Source: Escherichia phage ECML-134
Reading direction: 5' to 3' (one strand)
Sequence record: JX128259
Length of the DNA: 64,000 nt
The first letter of the stretch is position 1, and the number at the start of each line of letters is the position of its first letter. Shown piece after piece: positions 1-11,836 of the stretch. The notes beneath the pieces are model-generated. The model had not been told where the DNA came from and did no database searches. It saw only the letters and a list, made by a program, of their open reading frames with translations. The position numbers and the translations under genes are program-made.

Positions 1-1
1 A

Positions 2-1492
2 GGTTCTAACTGGACTGCGGAAATTTCTTCGTCTTCCTCTGGTTTAGCTGCAGTAATAACCCTTGGAAAAATTATTACTGATTCTGGTATTTTATTGGCT
101 GAAATTGAAAATGCTGAAGCTGCTATGACAGCGGTTGACTTTCAAGCAAATCTCGAAAAATACGGAATTCCAGGAGTAGTAGCTCTTTATCCAGGCGAAT
201 TAGGCGATAAAATTGAAATTGAAATCGTATCTAAAGCTGACTATGCAAAAGGAGCTTCTGCATTACTCCCAATTTATCCAGGTGGTGGTACTCGTGCATC
301 TACTGCCAAAGCAGTGTTTGGATATGGACCGCAAACTGATTCACAGTATGCTATTATAGTTCGTCGTAATGATGCTATTGTTCAAAGCGTTGTTCTTTCA
401 ACTAAGCGTGGTGAAAAAGATATTTACGATAGTAACATCTATATCGATGACTTTTTCGCAAAAGGTGGTTCAGAATATATTTTTGCAACTGCACAAAACT
501 GGCCAGAAGGCTTCTCTGGAATTTTAACTCTGTCTGGTGGATTATCATCAAATGCTGAAGTAACAGCAGGAGATTTGATGGAAGCTTGGGACTTTTTTGC
601 TGACCGTGAATCTGTTGACGTTCAACTGTTTATTGCGGGTTCTTGTGCCGGTGAATCTTTAGAAACAGCATCTACTGTCCAAAAACATGTTGTTTCAATC
701 GGGGATGCTCGTCAAGATTGCTTAGTATTGTGTTCTCCTCCGCGCGAAACTGTAGTTGGAATTCCTGTAACTCGTGCTGTTGATAACTTAGTCAATTGGA
801 GAACTGCAGCAGGTTCATACACTGATAATAATTTTAATATCAGTTCAACCTATGCAGCAATCGACGGCAACTACAAATATCAGTATGACAAATATAATGA
901 TGTGAATCGTTGGGTTCCATTAGCAGCTGATATTGCTGGTTTATGCGCAAGAACTGATAACGTATCTCAGACTTGGATGTCTCCAGCTGGTTATAATCGT
1001 GGCCAAATTTTGAACGTTATTAAACTTGCTATTGAAACTCGCCAGGCTCAGCGTGACCGTTTATACCAAGAAGCTATCAACCCAGTAACTGGTACAGGTG
1101 GTGATGGTTACGTATTGTATGGTGATAAAACAGCTACTTCTGTTCCTTCTCCATTTGATCGTATTAACGTTCGTCGTCTGTTTAATATGTTGAAAACGAA
1201 TATCGGACGTAGTTCAAAATATCGTTTGTTCGAATTAAACAACGCGTTTACTCGTTCATCATTCCGCACAGAAACTGCCCAATACTTACAGGGAATTAAA
1301 GCTCTCGGTGGAATTTATGAATATCGTGTAGTTTGCGATACAACAAATAACACTCCGTCAGTAATTGATAGAAATGAGTTTGTTGCAACATTCTACATCC
1401 AACCGGCTCGTAGTATAAATTATATCCAACTTAATTTCGTCGCAACTGCTACTGGTGCAGATTTTGATGAGTTAACTGGTCTTGCAGGTTAA
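2..1492 (+). CDS. 18: Tail sheath protein gp18, 5'-truncated by the window edge
   Basis: Frame is open from base 2 to TAA at 1490-1492; translation matches recalled T4 gp18 C-terminal region. The ORF-track start at 95 is a TTG artefact. Confidence 0.95.
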   Translation, partial: GSNWTAEISSSSSGLAAVITLGKIITDSGILLAEIENAEAAMTAVDFQANLEKYGIPGVVALYPGELGDKIEIEIVSKADYAKGASALLPIYPGGGTRASTAKAVFGYGPQTDSQYAIIVRRNDAIVQSVVLSTKRGEKDIYDSNIYIDDFFAKGGSEYIFATAQNWPEGFSGILTLSGGLSSNAEVTAGDLMEAWDFFADRESVDVQLFIAGSCAGESLETASTVQKHVVSIGDARQDCLVLCSPPRETVVGIPVTRAVDNLVNWRTAAGSYTDNNFNISSTYAAIDGNYKYQYDKYNDVNRWVPLAADIAGLCARTDNVSQTWMSPAGYNRGQILNVIKLAIETRQAQRDRLYQEAINPVTGTGGDGYVLYGDKTATSVPSPFDRINVRRLFNMLKTNIGRSSKYRLFELNNAFTRSSFRTETAQYLQGIKALGGIYEYRVVCDTTNNTPSVIDRNEFVATFYIQPARSINYIQLNFVATATGADFDELTGLAG

Positions 1493-1498
1493 TTGATA

Positions 1499-1514
1499 AG
1501 GGGCTTCGGCCCCT
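1499..1514 (+). terminator. GC-rich stem-loop with UUCG tetraloop (AGGGGC-uucg-GCCCCT) just after gene 18 stop
   Basis: Perfect 6-bp GC stem with UUCG loop 7 nt after the gp18 stop; weak T-run, so it may act in RNA stability rather than termination. Confidence 0.5.
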
Positions 1515-1530
1515 ATTCTCGAGGAATCAA

Positions 1531-2136
1531 GTGATTATTTCTAAGTTTGTTACAATAAAACCAAGAAATCATTCAAAAATGTGGTCGACAATTCTGGGAT
1601 ATAAAGTATCATATCATGATACAGTATCTGTTCCAATAGAATTAATGCCAAAGAATAGTAATAAAATAGTTGACGCTAAATGTGATTTGTGTGGTATTAA
1701 ATTTAGTAGAAGCATTCAGCTTTTAAATAGAACACCAACGCATGCATGTAGAAAATGTAGCATTAAACAAGTTGCTATTAAAAATTCGGAAGTTCAATCT
1801 GGAATAAGTAGACCATGGCAAAGAGGTGATAAACATCCTCGATGGACTGGTAAAAGAAAAGAGTTTGCATTATATGCTAGTAGAGTTCATTCTATAACTA
1901 AGTCAGCTAAAATAAGAAAAATCTGGTCAAAATGGCCAAATGCTGATAAAATAGGAGTGTGTGGCGTAGAAGGTGCTTACCAACTCGATCATAAAGTATC
2001 TATCAAATATGGATTTGATAATTTAATTCCGCCGGAAATTATAGCAAGCGTAAAAAATTTAGAAATAATCACTTGGGAATCTAACCGAGAAAAGTCAAAA
2101 AGAAATAGCGTAGATCTTTGGGATTTACTAGAATGA
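1531..2136 (+). CDS. HNH-family endonuclease (free-standing homing-endonuclease-like, mob-type)
   Basis: GTG start preceded by GAGGA; N-terminal Cys pairs (CDLCG...CRKC) and C-terminal HNH-like motif (LDHKVS...N...NLE..WESNREK). Confidence 0.6.
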   Translation: MIISKFVTIKPRNHSKMWSTILGYKVSYHDTVSVPIELMPKNSNKIVDAKCDLCGIKFSRSIQLLNRTPTHACRKCSIKQVAIKNSEVQSGISRPWQRGDKHPRWTGKRKEFALYASRVHSITKSAKIRKIWSKWPNADKIGVCGVEGAYQLDHKVSIKYGFDNLIPPEIIASVKNLEIITWESNREKSKRNSVDLWDLLE

Positions 2137-2143
2137 TTCTAAA

Positions 2144-2161
2144 GGCCTGTTTCGGCAGGCC
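2144..2161 (+). terminator. Stem-loop (GGCCTG...CAGGCC) after the HNH ORF
   Basis: Inverted repeat immediately after the ORF stop and before the gene 19 late promoters. Confidence 0.4.
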
Positions 2162-2162
2162 A

Positions 2163-2170
2163 TATAAATA
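2163..2170 (+). promoter_or_regulatory. T4-type late promoter core TATAAATA
   Basis: Exact TATAAATA 74 nt upstream of the gene 19 ATG. Confidence 0.55.
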
Positions 2171-2221
2171 CACTATATCCTTAATTCTTTAATTCTATAT
2201 GCCCTAGGTTAAACATAGGGA

Positions 2222-2229
2222 TATAAATA
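2222..2229 (+). promoter_or_regulatory. T4-type late promoter core TATAAATA (proximal, gene 19)
   Basis: Exact TATAAATA 15 nt upstream of the gene 19 ATG. Confidence 0.6.
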
Positions 2230-2243
2230 CTACAGAGGCTAAT

Positions 2244-2735
2244 ATGTTTGTAGATGATGTAACACGAGCGTTTGAATCTGGTGATTTTGCTCGACCTAAC
2301 TTATTCCAAGTAGAAATTTCTTATCTTGGACAAAATTTTACGTTTCAATGTAAAGCCACTGCTTTACCAGCTGGTATTGTAGAAAAAATTCCAGTCGGAT
2401 TTATGAACCGTAAAATTAACGTAGCAGGCGATCGTACATTCGATGACTGGACTATTACAGTAATGAATGATGAGGCGCATGATGCACGCCAGAAGTTTGT
2501 TGACTGGCAAAGCATTGCTGCGGGGCAAGGAAACGAAATTACTGGTGGAAAACCTGCAGAGTATAAAAAGAGTGCTATTGTACGCCAATATGCTCGTGAC
2601 GCTAAAACTGTAACAAAAGAAGTCGAAATTAAAGGCCTGTGGCCTACTAACGTGGGTGAACTTCAGTTAGATTGGGATTCAAACAATGAAATCCAAACCT
2701 TTGAAGTAACTCTCGCTCTCGATTATTGGGAATAA
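2244..2735 (+). CDS. 19: Tail tube protein gp19
   Basis: 163 aa, ATG start, matches T4 gp19 length and position after gene 18. Confidence 0.93.
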   Translation: MFVDDVTRAFESGDFARPNLFQVEISYLGQNFTFQCKATALPAGIVEKIPVGFMNRKINVAGDRTFDDWTITVMNDEAHDARQKFVDWQSIAAGQGNEITGGKPAEYKKSAIVRQYARDAKTVTKEVEIKGLWPTNVGELQLDWDSNNEIQTFEVTLALDYWE

Positions 2736-2767
2736 AATGAATGGGGAGAAATCCCCATCCTGCTTAA

Positions 2768-4392
<1,625 letters not shown>

Positions 4393-4393
<1 letters not shown>

Positions 4394-4641
4394 TGGAAGG
4401 TTTAATTGAAGCTATTAAATCAAACGACCTCGTAGCCGCTCGTAAATTATTTGCTGAAGCCATGGCTGCAAGAACGATTGATTTAATTAAAGAAGAAAAA
4501 ATCGCTATCGCTCGTAATTTCTTAATCGAAGGTGAAGAACCTGAAGACGAGGATGATGACGAAGACGAAGATAGTGATGATAAAGACGACAAAAAAGACA
4601 AAGACTCTGACGAAGATGACGAAGACGAGGATGATGAATAA
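4393..4641 (+). CDS. 67: Prohead core protein gp67 with acidic C-terminal tail
   Basis: Start overlaps gene 20 stop (TAATG); Asp/Glu-rich C-terminus; T4 position between 20 and 68. Confidence 0.9.
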
Positions 4642-5066
4642 TGCTTCTGATCCCTGAAACTCATGAATTAGTTCTCGAGAATGTCGAAGCACTTATTCCT
4701 GAAGCACAGGGTCGCTTTGACGAATTGTCTTCTGCTTTAGATAAAGACGATATAAATACAATTGTCGAGAATATGCTTGATGATGAAACTGATTTAGCAG
4801 TTGCATTAGCTTCTATTAATGAAAATATGCCGTTAAATGAATTCATTGTTAAGCACGTTTCAGCTCGTGGTGAAATTACACGTACTAAAGACCGCAAGAC
4901 GCGTGAACGTAATGCATTTCAAACCACCGGGCTGTCTAAAGCAAAACGTAGACAAATTGCTCGCAAAGCTACCAAAACGAAGATTGCCAATCCAGCAGGT
5001 CAATCTCGTGCTCAGCGTAAGCGTAAAAAAGCTCTTAAACGCCGTAAAGCATTAGGATTAAGCTAA
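4641..5066 (+). CDS. 68: Prohead core protein gp68
   Basis: 141 aa, ATGA-type coupling to gene 67 stop; basic C-terminus. Confidence 0.9.
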   Translation: MLLIPETHELVLENVEALIPEAQGRFDELSSALDKDDINTIVENMLDDETDLAVALASINENMPLNEFIVKHVSARGEITRTKDRKTRERNAFQTTGLSKAKRRQIARKATKTKIANPAGQSRAQRKRKKALKRRKALGLS

Positions 5067-5704
5067 TGAATGAACCCCAATTACTAATTGAAACTTGGGG
5101 TCAACCTGGCGAAATTATTGATGGTGTGCCAATGCTTGAATCCCACGATGGAAAAGACCTAGGCTTAAAACCTGGTTTATACATCGAAGGAATATTCATG
5201 CAAGCAGAAGTCGTCAATAGAAATAAACGTCTTTATCCAAAACGCATATTAGAAAAAGCGGTAAAAGACTATATTAATGAGCAAGTTTTAACTAAACAAG
5301 CTCTCGGAGAATTAAATCATCCTCCACGCGCTAATGTTGACCCGATGCAAGCCGCTATCATTATAGAAGATATGTGGTGGAAAGGAAATGACGTATACGG
5401 ACGAGCTCGTGTTATTGAAGGTGACCATGGTCCTGGAGATAAATTAGCAGCTAATATTCGTGCCGGATGGATTCCAGGAGTTTCTTCTCGTGGATTAGGT
5501 TCATTGACTGACACAAATAAAGGTTATCGTATCGTAAACGAAGGATTCAAATTAACTGTAGGTGTTGATGCAGTATGGGGTCCAAGTGCTCCAGATGCAT
5601 GGGTAACTCCTAAGGAAATTACCGAATCACAGACGGCGGAAGCCGATACAAGTGCCGATGACGCCTATATGGCTCTCGCAGAGGCCATGAAAAAAGCGTT
5701 ATAA
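5066..5704 (+). CDS. 21: Prohead core scaffold protease gp21
   Basis: 212 aa, matches T4 gp21 length and position. Confidence 0.93.
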   Translation: MNEPQLLIETWGQPGEIIDGVPMLESHDGKDLGLKPGLYIEGIFMQAEVVNRNKRLYPKRILEKAVKDYINEQVLTKQALGELNHPPRANVDPMQAAIIIEDMWWKGNDVYGRARVIEGDHGPGDKLAANIRAGWIPGVSSRGLGSLTDTNKGYRIVNEGFKLTVGVDAVWGPSAPDAWVTPKEITESQTAEADTSADDAYMALAEAMKKAL

Positions 5705-5707
5705 ATA
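5700..5707 (+). promoter_or_regulatory. Late promoter TATAAATA upstream of gene 22
   Basis: Exact TATAAATA overlapping the gene 21 stop, 28 nt before the gene 22 ATG. Confidence 0.55.
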
Positions 5708-5734
5708 TTATTATCTAAACAACAGGACTACAAA

Positions 5735-6544
5735 ATGCTTAAAGAACAACTGATTGCCGAAGCGCAAAAAATTGATGCTTCCGTTGCTCTTGATAGTATT
5801 TTCGAATCAGTTAATATTTCTCCGGAAGCAAAAGAAACTTTCGGCACTGTATTCGAAGCTACCGTCAAGCAGCACGCCGTTAAATTAGCTGAATCTCATA
5901 TCGCTAAAATTGCTGAAAAAGCAGAAGAAGAAGTAGAAAAAAATAAAGAAGAAGCCGAAGAAAAAGCCGAGAAGAAAATCGCTGAGCAAGCTTCTAAATT
6001 CATTGACCATCTTGCGAAAGAATGGCTCGCTGAAAATAAATTAGCAGTTGATAAAGGCATCAAAGCCGAACTGTTTGAATCCATGCTTGGTGGATTAAAA
6101 GAGCTCTTTGTTGAACACAACGTTGTTGTTCCAGAAGAATCAGTTGATGTTGTAGCTGAAATGGAAGAAGAGCTGCAAGAACATAAAGAAGAATCAGCTC
6201 GTCTGTTCGAAGAACTCAATATGCGCGACGCATATATCAATTATGTGCAGCGTGAAGTGGCATTGAGCGAAAGTACTAAAGATCTGACTGAGTCTCAAAA
6301 AGAAAAAGTCTCTGCTCTGGTCGAAGGTATGGATTATTCAGATGCATTCTCAAGTAAATTGAGTGCCATCGTAGAAATGGTGAAGAAGTCTAATAAAGAT
6401 GAAAGCACTATTACTGAGGGTATAAATACTCCTGATACTGAAGCAGCCGGACTGAATTTCGTCACTGAAGCTGTAGAAGATAAAGCTGCACCTGGTGCAG
6501 AAGATATTGTAAGTGTATATGCGAAAGTCGCATCTCGTTTCTAA
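5735..6544 (+). CDS. 22: Major prohead scaffolding core protein gp22
   Basis: 269 aa, Glu/Lys-rich coiled-coil-like sequence, position between 21 and 23. Confidence 0.93.
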   Translation: MLKEQLIAEAQKIDASVALDSIFESVNISPEAKETFGTVFEATVKQHAVKLAESHIAKIAEKAEEEVEKNKEEAEEKAEKKIAEQASKFIDHLAKEWLAENKLAVDKGIKAELFESMLGGLKELFVEHNVVVPEESVDVVAEMEEELQEHKEESARLFEELNMRDAYINYVQREVALSESTKDLTESQKEKVSALVEGMDYSDAFSSKLSAIVEMVKKSNKDESTITEGINTPDTEAAGLNFVTEAVEDKAAPGAEDIVSVYAKVASRF

Positions 6545-6562
6545 TTTTAAAGGTTAACACAA

Positions 6563-8128
6563 ATGACTATCAAAACTAAAGCTGAACTTTTGAACAAATG
6601 GAAGCCATTACTGGAAGGTGAAGGTTTACCGGAAATTGCTAATAGCAAACAAGCGATTATCGCTAAAATCTTTGAAAACCAGGAAAAAGATTTCCAGACA
6701 GCTCCAGAGTACAAAGACGAAAAAATCGCTCAGGCGTTCGGTTCTTTCTTAACAGAAGCTGAAATCGGCGGTGACCACGGTTACAATGCTACTAACATCG
6801 CTGCTGGTCAGACTTCTGGCGCAGTAACTCAGATTGGCCCAGCTGTTATGGGTATGGTACGTCGTGCTATTCCTAACCTGATTGCTTTCGATATTTGCGG
6901 TGTTCAGCCGATGAACAGCCCGACTGGTCAGGTATTCGCACTGCGCGCAGTATATGGTAAAGACCCAATCGCTGCCGATGCTAAAGAAGCATTCCACCCA
7001 ATGTATGGTCCAGATGCAATGTTCTCTGGTCAGGGTGCTGCTAAGAAATTCCCAGCTCTGGCTGCTAGCACACAAACCGTTGTAGGTGATATCTATACTC
7101 ACTTCTTCCAGGAAACTGGTACTGTGTATCTGCAGGCTTCCGCTGTAGTAACAATCGATGCTAGTGCATCTGACGCAGCTAAATTAGATGCTGAAATTAA
7201 GAAACAAATGGAAGCTGGCGTACTGGTAGAAATCGCTGAAGGTATGGCTACTTCTATCGCTGAACTTCAGGAAGGTTTCAACGGTTCTACCGATAACCCA
7301 TGGAATGAAATGGGCTTCCGTATCGATAAACAAGTTATCGAAGCTAAATCTCGTCAGCTGAAAGCTGCTTACTCTATCGAATTAGCACAAGACCTCCGCG
7401 CTGTTCACGGTATGGATGCTGATGCTGAACTGTCTGGTATTCTGGCTACCGAAATCATGCTGGAAATCAACCGTGAAGTTGTTGATTGGATTAACTACTC
7501 AGCTCAGGTTGGTAAATCTGGTATGACCCTGACTCCAGGTTCTAAAGCTGGTGTATTTGACTTCCAGGATCCGATTGATATTCGTGGTGCTCGCTGGGCG
7601 GGTGAATCCTTTAAAGCTCTGTTGTTCCAGATTGACAAAGAAGCAGTTGAAATTGCTCGTCAGACCGGTCGTGGTGAAGGTAACTTCATTATCGCTTCCC
7701 GTAACGTAGTTAACGTTCTGGCTTCAGTTGATACCGGCATTTCTTATGCTGCACAGGGTCTGGCTACCGGCTTCAACACTGATACTACCAAGTCAGTATT
7801 TGCTGGTGTTCTGGGTGGTAAATACCGCGTATATATCGACCAGTATGCTAAACAGGATTATTTCACTGTAGGTTATAAAGGTCCGAACGAAATGGATGCT
7901 GGTATTTACTATGCTCCATATGTAGCTCTGACTCCACTGCGTGGTTCCGATCCGAAGAACTTCCAACCGGTAATGGGATTCAAAACTCGTTACGGTATCG
8001 GTATCAACCCATTTGCAGAATCCGCTGCTCAGGCTCCGGCTTCTCGCATCCAGAGCGGTATGCCTTCTATTCTGAATAGCCTTGGTAAAAACGCTTACTT
8101 TAGACGTGTATATGTTAAAGGTATCTAA
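6563..8128 (+). CDS. 23: Major capsid protein gp23
   Basis: 521 aa, matches recalled T4 gp23 (MTIKTKAELLNKWKPLLEGEG...). Confidence 0.97.
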   Translation: MTIKTKAELLNKWKPLLEGEGLPEIANSKQAIIAKIFENQEKDFQTAPEYKDEKIAQAFGSFLTEAEIGGDHGYNATNIAAGQTSGAVTQIGPAVMGMVRRAIPNLIAFDICGVQPMNSPTGQVFALRAVYGKDPIAADAKEAFHPMYGPDAMFSGQGAAKKFPALAASTQTVVGDIYTHFFQETGTVYLQASAVVTIDASASDAAKLDAEIKKQMEAGVLVEIAEGMATSIAELQEGFNGSTDNPWNEMGFRIDKQVIEAKSRQLKAAYSIELAQDLRAVHGMDADAELSGILATEIMLEINREVVDWINYSAQVGKSGMTLTPGSKAGVFDFQDPIDIRGARWAGESFKALLFQIDKEAVEIARQTGRGEGNFIIASRNVVNVLASVDTGISYAAQGLATGFNTDTTKSVFAGVLGGKYRVYIDQYAKQDYFTVGYKGPNEMDAGIYYAPYVALTPLRGSDPKNFQPVMGFKTRYGIGINPFAESAAQAPASRIQSGMPSILNSLGKNAYFRRVYVKGI

Positions 8129-8154
8129 TCTCTAACGATAGAAACACAATTTTA

Positions 8155-8179
8155 GGGAGCCTTCGGGCTCCCTTTTTCT
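8155..8179 (+). terminator. Rho-independent terminator after gene 23 (GGGAGCC-uucg-GGCTCCC plus T-run)
   Basis: Perfect 7-bp GC stem, UUCG loop, then TTTTTCTATTTT. Confidence 0.7.
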
Positions 8180-8849
8180 ATTTTATACGATAGCAATCAG
8201 GCATATCATCCGCATTTATCCAATTGCGAATAGTTTTAGGACTAACTTTAAAATGCTCCGCTGCGTAATCAGGATTATCAAATTTAACGCCCTTTATACA
8301 TATTGGAATAAATTTTTTAATACCACCAAGTTTTTCAGAAATAGCTTTACGATGTGAAATCGATATAGGTTTATTTTTTCGTGGATGAACATGTGTTTTA
8401 TAATATTCATTGCGCCCTTTAACTCGCTTCGCAATAGTTTCATCAGATTGCTTAACGCCTGTTTTTGCCTTTGATATTTTTCGTTTAGCTTCCACAGTCA
8501 TTCCTTCTTTTGTTCGTATTGATAACATATTACGATATGAAGGATCTTGCAAATGAACTATAACTGGATTTCCTCTGCCACCAATAGCAGCATTATAGGT
8601 ATCAGTTCTCATAACGAATTCCTCATTGACTAGTAAAGCTTCCATTTTATACATCTCCTCAGATGAGGAGAAAGAATAAAGAATTTCTTTTTTAAAGTTA
8701 TGAATACCATATTTTTTGATGGATTTTTTGATGTTTACGCCAGAACCCATATAACCATCGTTTTCGTCAAGAGTAGCATGAGCTCCGATGTAAATTTTTC
8801 CATTGATGATATTAGTAATTTGATATATTAAATATTTCATTTTAAACAT
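8178..8849 (-). CDS. segD: GIY-YIG homing endonuclease SegD
   Basis: GIY-YIG motif (YLIYQITNIINGKIYIGAH); sits between 23 and 24 as in T4. Start uncertain (ATG at 8879, 8849 or 8840; GGAG precedes the latter two). Confidence 0.85.
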   Translation of the reverse strand: MFKMKYLIYQITNIINGKIYIGAHATLDENDGYMGSGVNIKKSIKKYGIHNFKKEILYSFSSSEEMYKMEALLVNEEFVMRTDTYNAAIGGRGNPVIVHLQDPSYRNMLSIRTKEGMTVEAKRKISKAKTGVKQSDETIAKRVKGRNEYYKTHVHPRKNKPISISHRKAISEKLGGIKKFIPICIKGVKFDNPDYAAEHFKVSPKTIRNWINADDMPDCYRIK

Positions 8850-8904
8850 CGCTCCGTTTGTATATGAATATAATATCATATTACTTTGGTCTTGTAAATA
8901 ACTT

Positions 8905-8912
8905 TATAAATA
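8905..8912 (+). promoter_or_regulatory. Late promoter TATAAATA upstream of gene 24
   Basis: Exact TATAAATA 28 nt upstream of the gene 24 ATG. Confidence 0.6.
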
Positions 8913-8939
8913 GTATTATATTTCAACAAGGAAAATACA

Positions 8940-10223
8940 ATGGCTAAAATCAACGAACTTCTGCGCGAATCAACAACAACGAATAGCAACTCAATCGGTC
9001 GCCCAAATCTCGTTGCTTTGACTCGCGCTACCACTAAATTAATATATTCTGACATTGTAGCAACGCAAAGAACTAATCAACCTGTTGCTGCTTTTTATGG
9101 TATCAAATACCTTAACCCAGACAATGAATTTACATTTAAAACTGGTGCTACTTACGCTGGCGAAGCTGGATATGTAGACCGAGAACAAATCACAGAATTA
9201 ACAGAAGAGTCTAAATTAACTCTCAATAAAGGCGATTTATTCAAATATAATAATATCGTTTATAAAGTATTAGAAGATACTCCATTTGCTGATATTGAAG
9301 AAAGCGATTTAGAATTAGCTCTTCAGATTGCAATTGTTCTTTTAAAGGTTCGTCTATTTTCTGACGCAGCGTCAACAAGCAAATTTGAAAGCTCTGATAG
9401 CGAAATTGCGGATGCTAGATTCCAGATTAATAAATGGCAAACCGCAGTTAAATCTCGTAAACTTAAAACTGGTATCACAGTTGAATTAGCACAAGATTTA
9501 GAAGCAAATGGATTCGATGCTCCTAATTTCTTGGAAGATTTGCTTGCAACTGAAATGGCGGATGAAATTAATAAAGATATTCTGCAGTCTTTGATTACAG
9601 TATCAAAACGCTATAAAGTTACAGGAATTACTGATAGTGGATTCATCGATTTGAGTTATGCATCTGCTCCTGAAGCTGGTCGTTCATTATACCGAATGGT
9701 ATGTGAAATGGTTTCGCATATCCAAAAAGAATCAACTTATACAGCAACGTTCTGTGTTGCTTCAGCTCGTGCTGCTGCGATTCTTGCTGCATCAGGTTGG
9801 TTAAAACATAAACCAGAAGATGATAAATATCTTTCACAAAATGCCTACGGGTTCTTAGCTAATGGTTTACCGCTTTATTGCGATACTAACAGCCCATTAG
9901 ATTATGTAATCGTTGGCGTAGTAGAAAATATCGGTGAAAAAGAAATTGTTGGTTCAATTTTCTATGCTCCGTATACAGAAGGTCTTGACTTAGATGACCC
10001 TGAACATGTGGGTGCATTTAAAGTTGTTGTTGATCCAGAAAGCTTACAACCGTCTATCGGTTTATTAGTTAGATATGCTTTATCAGCAAATCCTTATACT
10101 GTAGCAAAAGATGAAAAAGAAGCAAGAATAATTGACGGTGGAGACATGGATAAAATGGCAGGTCGTTCAGATTTGTCTGTTTTATTAGGTGTTAAATTAC
10201 CAAAAATTATTATTGATGAATAA
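8940..10223 (+). CDS. 24: Capsid vertex protein gp24
   Basis: 427 aa, gp23 paralogue, T4 position. Confidence 0.95.
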   Translation: MAKINELLRESTTTNSNSIGRPNLVALTRATTKLIYSDIVATQRTNQPVAAFYGIKYLNPDNEFTFKTGATYAGEAGYVDREQITELTEESKLTLNKGDLFKYNNIVYKVLEDTPFADIEESDLELALQIAIVLLKVRLFSDAASTSKFESSDSEIADARFQINKWQTAVKSRKLKTGITVELAQDLEANGFDAPNFLEDLLATEMADEINKDILQSLITVSKRYKVTGITDSGFIDLSYASAPEAGRSLYRMVCEMVSHIQKESTYTATFCVASARAAAILAASGWLKHKPEDDKYLSQNAYGFLANGLPLYCDTNSPLDYVIVGVVENIGEKEIVGSIFYAPYTEGLDLDDPEHVGAFKVVVDPESLQPSIGLLVRYALSANPYTVAKDEKEARIIDGGDMDKMAGRSDLSVLLGVKLPKIIIDE

Positions 10224-10229
10224 AGCAAA

Positions 10230-10252
10230 GGGACCTTTCGGTCCCTTTTTAT
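10230..10252. terminator. Terminator hairpin (GGGACC-uuuc-GGTCCC plus T-run) between convergent genes 24 and rnlB
   Basis: Perfect GC stem followed by TTTTTATTT. Confidence 0.65.
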
Positions 10253-11257
10253 TTAACTTACCAATTCAATCCAAGCCGGACGAAGTACATCTTGTACCAT
10301 TTTAACTAATTCCTTCTTAATCAAAGAAGGATTATCCGCTTGAGTTAGAATAATACCTTCACGAGAAGTTTCTTCCAAAATATCTTGAACAGTTAGTCCC
10401 ATCACCTTTCCAAAATCTTTAGGACCAATTTCGCCAATTTTAGAAATAACGTTATTTACCCGGTTCAGTGTAACGTAACAAGCTAAAATCCCCACCAATT
10501 TGTTATCAGCTTCTGACAGTTCAACTTTAGCTTTAATAGGCTTATCAGACTTTTTCTTTTCACTAAATTTAGAGTTCTTGCATTTAATCGCCACACGATT
10601 GCGATTAGGCAGCCAAGAAGGATAACAAGGTTTCAATACATATCCTTCAGCAGTAAATACTTCGCCTTTTGCTTCGGCATTCCAAATGCATTTATTTGCA
10701 TCAACTAATCCGGCATGGTCTACTGTAAAATTATAATCTTGGACGACAGAATCTAAATCATTTGGCAATTTAATAAGCTCTTCAAATTTACCGCGACCTA
10801 AAAGTGGAGCCATTTTAAATTTAAACGTATTACAGAATGATTCCATCATATAATCATCGACATAAGTCACATCACCACTTTCTGTAGTAACAATAATGTC
10901 AAATACATAAAAATCTTTATCACCATAATCGACATTCTTCTGAATGCCAGGTCCAGCAAATTCGCCAAAGACTTGATAAGATACAACTGCCGAAGTTTCC
11001 ATAATATCTTGTACTGCTTTAATGGAATCAGCGTAATTCTTTAGAATAATTTCATACCCAAAGAAATCTTCAGCAGGAAGAATAGGACCAGTACGTTTAG
11101 CGCAAGTCACTTTATCGCGTTCAATAATCAGTGAGAAATTTGTGCCATGAATCTTTTCACGAGCTACCCATTCGCCGCCAGTCAATCCTAAGCTGTAAAG
11201 TTTTTCAATGAATTTAGAATTGTAATGATTTTCAAGACTGCTATACTTTTTAAACAT
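10253..11257 (-). CDS. rnlB: RNA ligase 2 (RnlB)
   Basis: 334 aa; nucleotidyltransferase motif I KIHGTN near the N-terminus; T4 position after gene 24. Confidence 0.93.
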   Translation of the reverse strand: MFKKYSSLENHYNSKFIEKLYSLGLTGGEWVAREKIHGTNFSLIIERDKVTCAKRTGPILPAEDFFGYEIILKNYADSIKAVQDIMETSAVVSYQVFGEFAGPGIQKNVDYGDKDFYVFDIIVTTESGDVTYVDDYMMESFCNTFKFKMAPLLGRGKFEELIKLPNDLDSVVQDYNFTVDHAGLVDANKCIWNAEAKGEVFTAEGYVLKPCYPSWLPNRNRVAIKCKNSKFSEKKKSDKPIKAKVELSEADNKLVGILACYVTLNRVNNVISKIGEIGPKDFGKVMGLTVQDILEETSREGIILTQADNPSLIKKELVKMVQDVLRPAWIELVS

Positions 11258-11266
11258 AATTAATCC

Positions 11267-11545
11267 TCAAAATGTAATTTCTAACCAATCACCATCACGC
11301 TGATCGCTATTGACTTTAAAGCTAAATCCTTCTTTTCTCAGCCAATCACCAATTTCTTCAGTAATCAATTTATCGCGAGCAGTACAATAATAATTAAAAT
11401 GTGTTTTACCTTGTTCAGCTGCTTTATTAGCAAGTTCCGAAAAATCTTTAATAAAGCACTCTAGTTTAAACTGTTTACTTTTGAATGCTTTTTCGCGTAA
11501 TTGATTAGCAAAAGATTCATTTTCATAAAGATCATACTGTTCCAT
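11267..11545 (-). CDS. Small protein at T4 24.2 position
   Basis: 92 aa ORF, tightly packed, codon usage consistent with neighbours. Confidence 0.7.
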   Translation of the reverse strand: MEQYDLYENESFANQLREKAFKSKQFKLECFIKDFSELANKAAEQGKTHFNYYCTARDKLITEEIGDWLRKEGFSFKVNSDQRDGDWLEITF

Positions 11546-11747
11546 TTTTCACCTTTTTATTGATATGTCTTTTTCTATAGACAACTTTTTCTCGAGTTTC
11601 AAATTTATTCTTAGCAGTCATAGCTCGAGCCCATAATACAGCCACTTCTTTCGCCTGTAAGTTTAATTCACGAGCAATTTCAATGAATGACTTTCCAGAC
11701 TCATGAAGAGTAAACACCACAACCTCAGTTCTCATAATCAATCTCAT
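11532..11747 (-). CDS. Small protein at T4 24.3 position
   Basis: 71 aa ORF overlapping the start of the downstream gene. Confidence 0.65.
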   Translation of the reverse strand: MRLIMRTEVVVFTLHESGKSFIEIARELNLQAKEVAVLWARAMTAKNKFETREKVVYRKRHINKKVKNGTV

Positions 11748-11799
11748 GTTATCGAGTTGGTGCCATTATATACATCATTTTCTGAGTGTGTTTTGTGTG

Positions 11800-11830
11800 C
11801 TTTTAAAATGAAGAAAGGGGCCGAAGCCCC
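11800..11830 (-). terminator. Hairpin (GGGGC-uucg-GCCCC on the - strand) plus T-rich tract after hoc
   Basis: GC stem at 11817-11830, T-rich run downstream on the - strand. Confidence 0.55.
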
Positions 11831-11836
11831 TTATGA

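Noticed and set aside
5896-7102. - strand ORFs of 114-117 aa inside genes 22 and 23
   Set aside because: Embedded antisense within highly confident capsid and scaffold genes, with low-complexity composition; typical six-frame noise.
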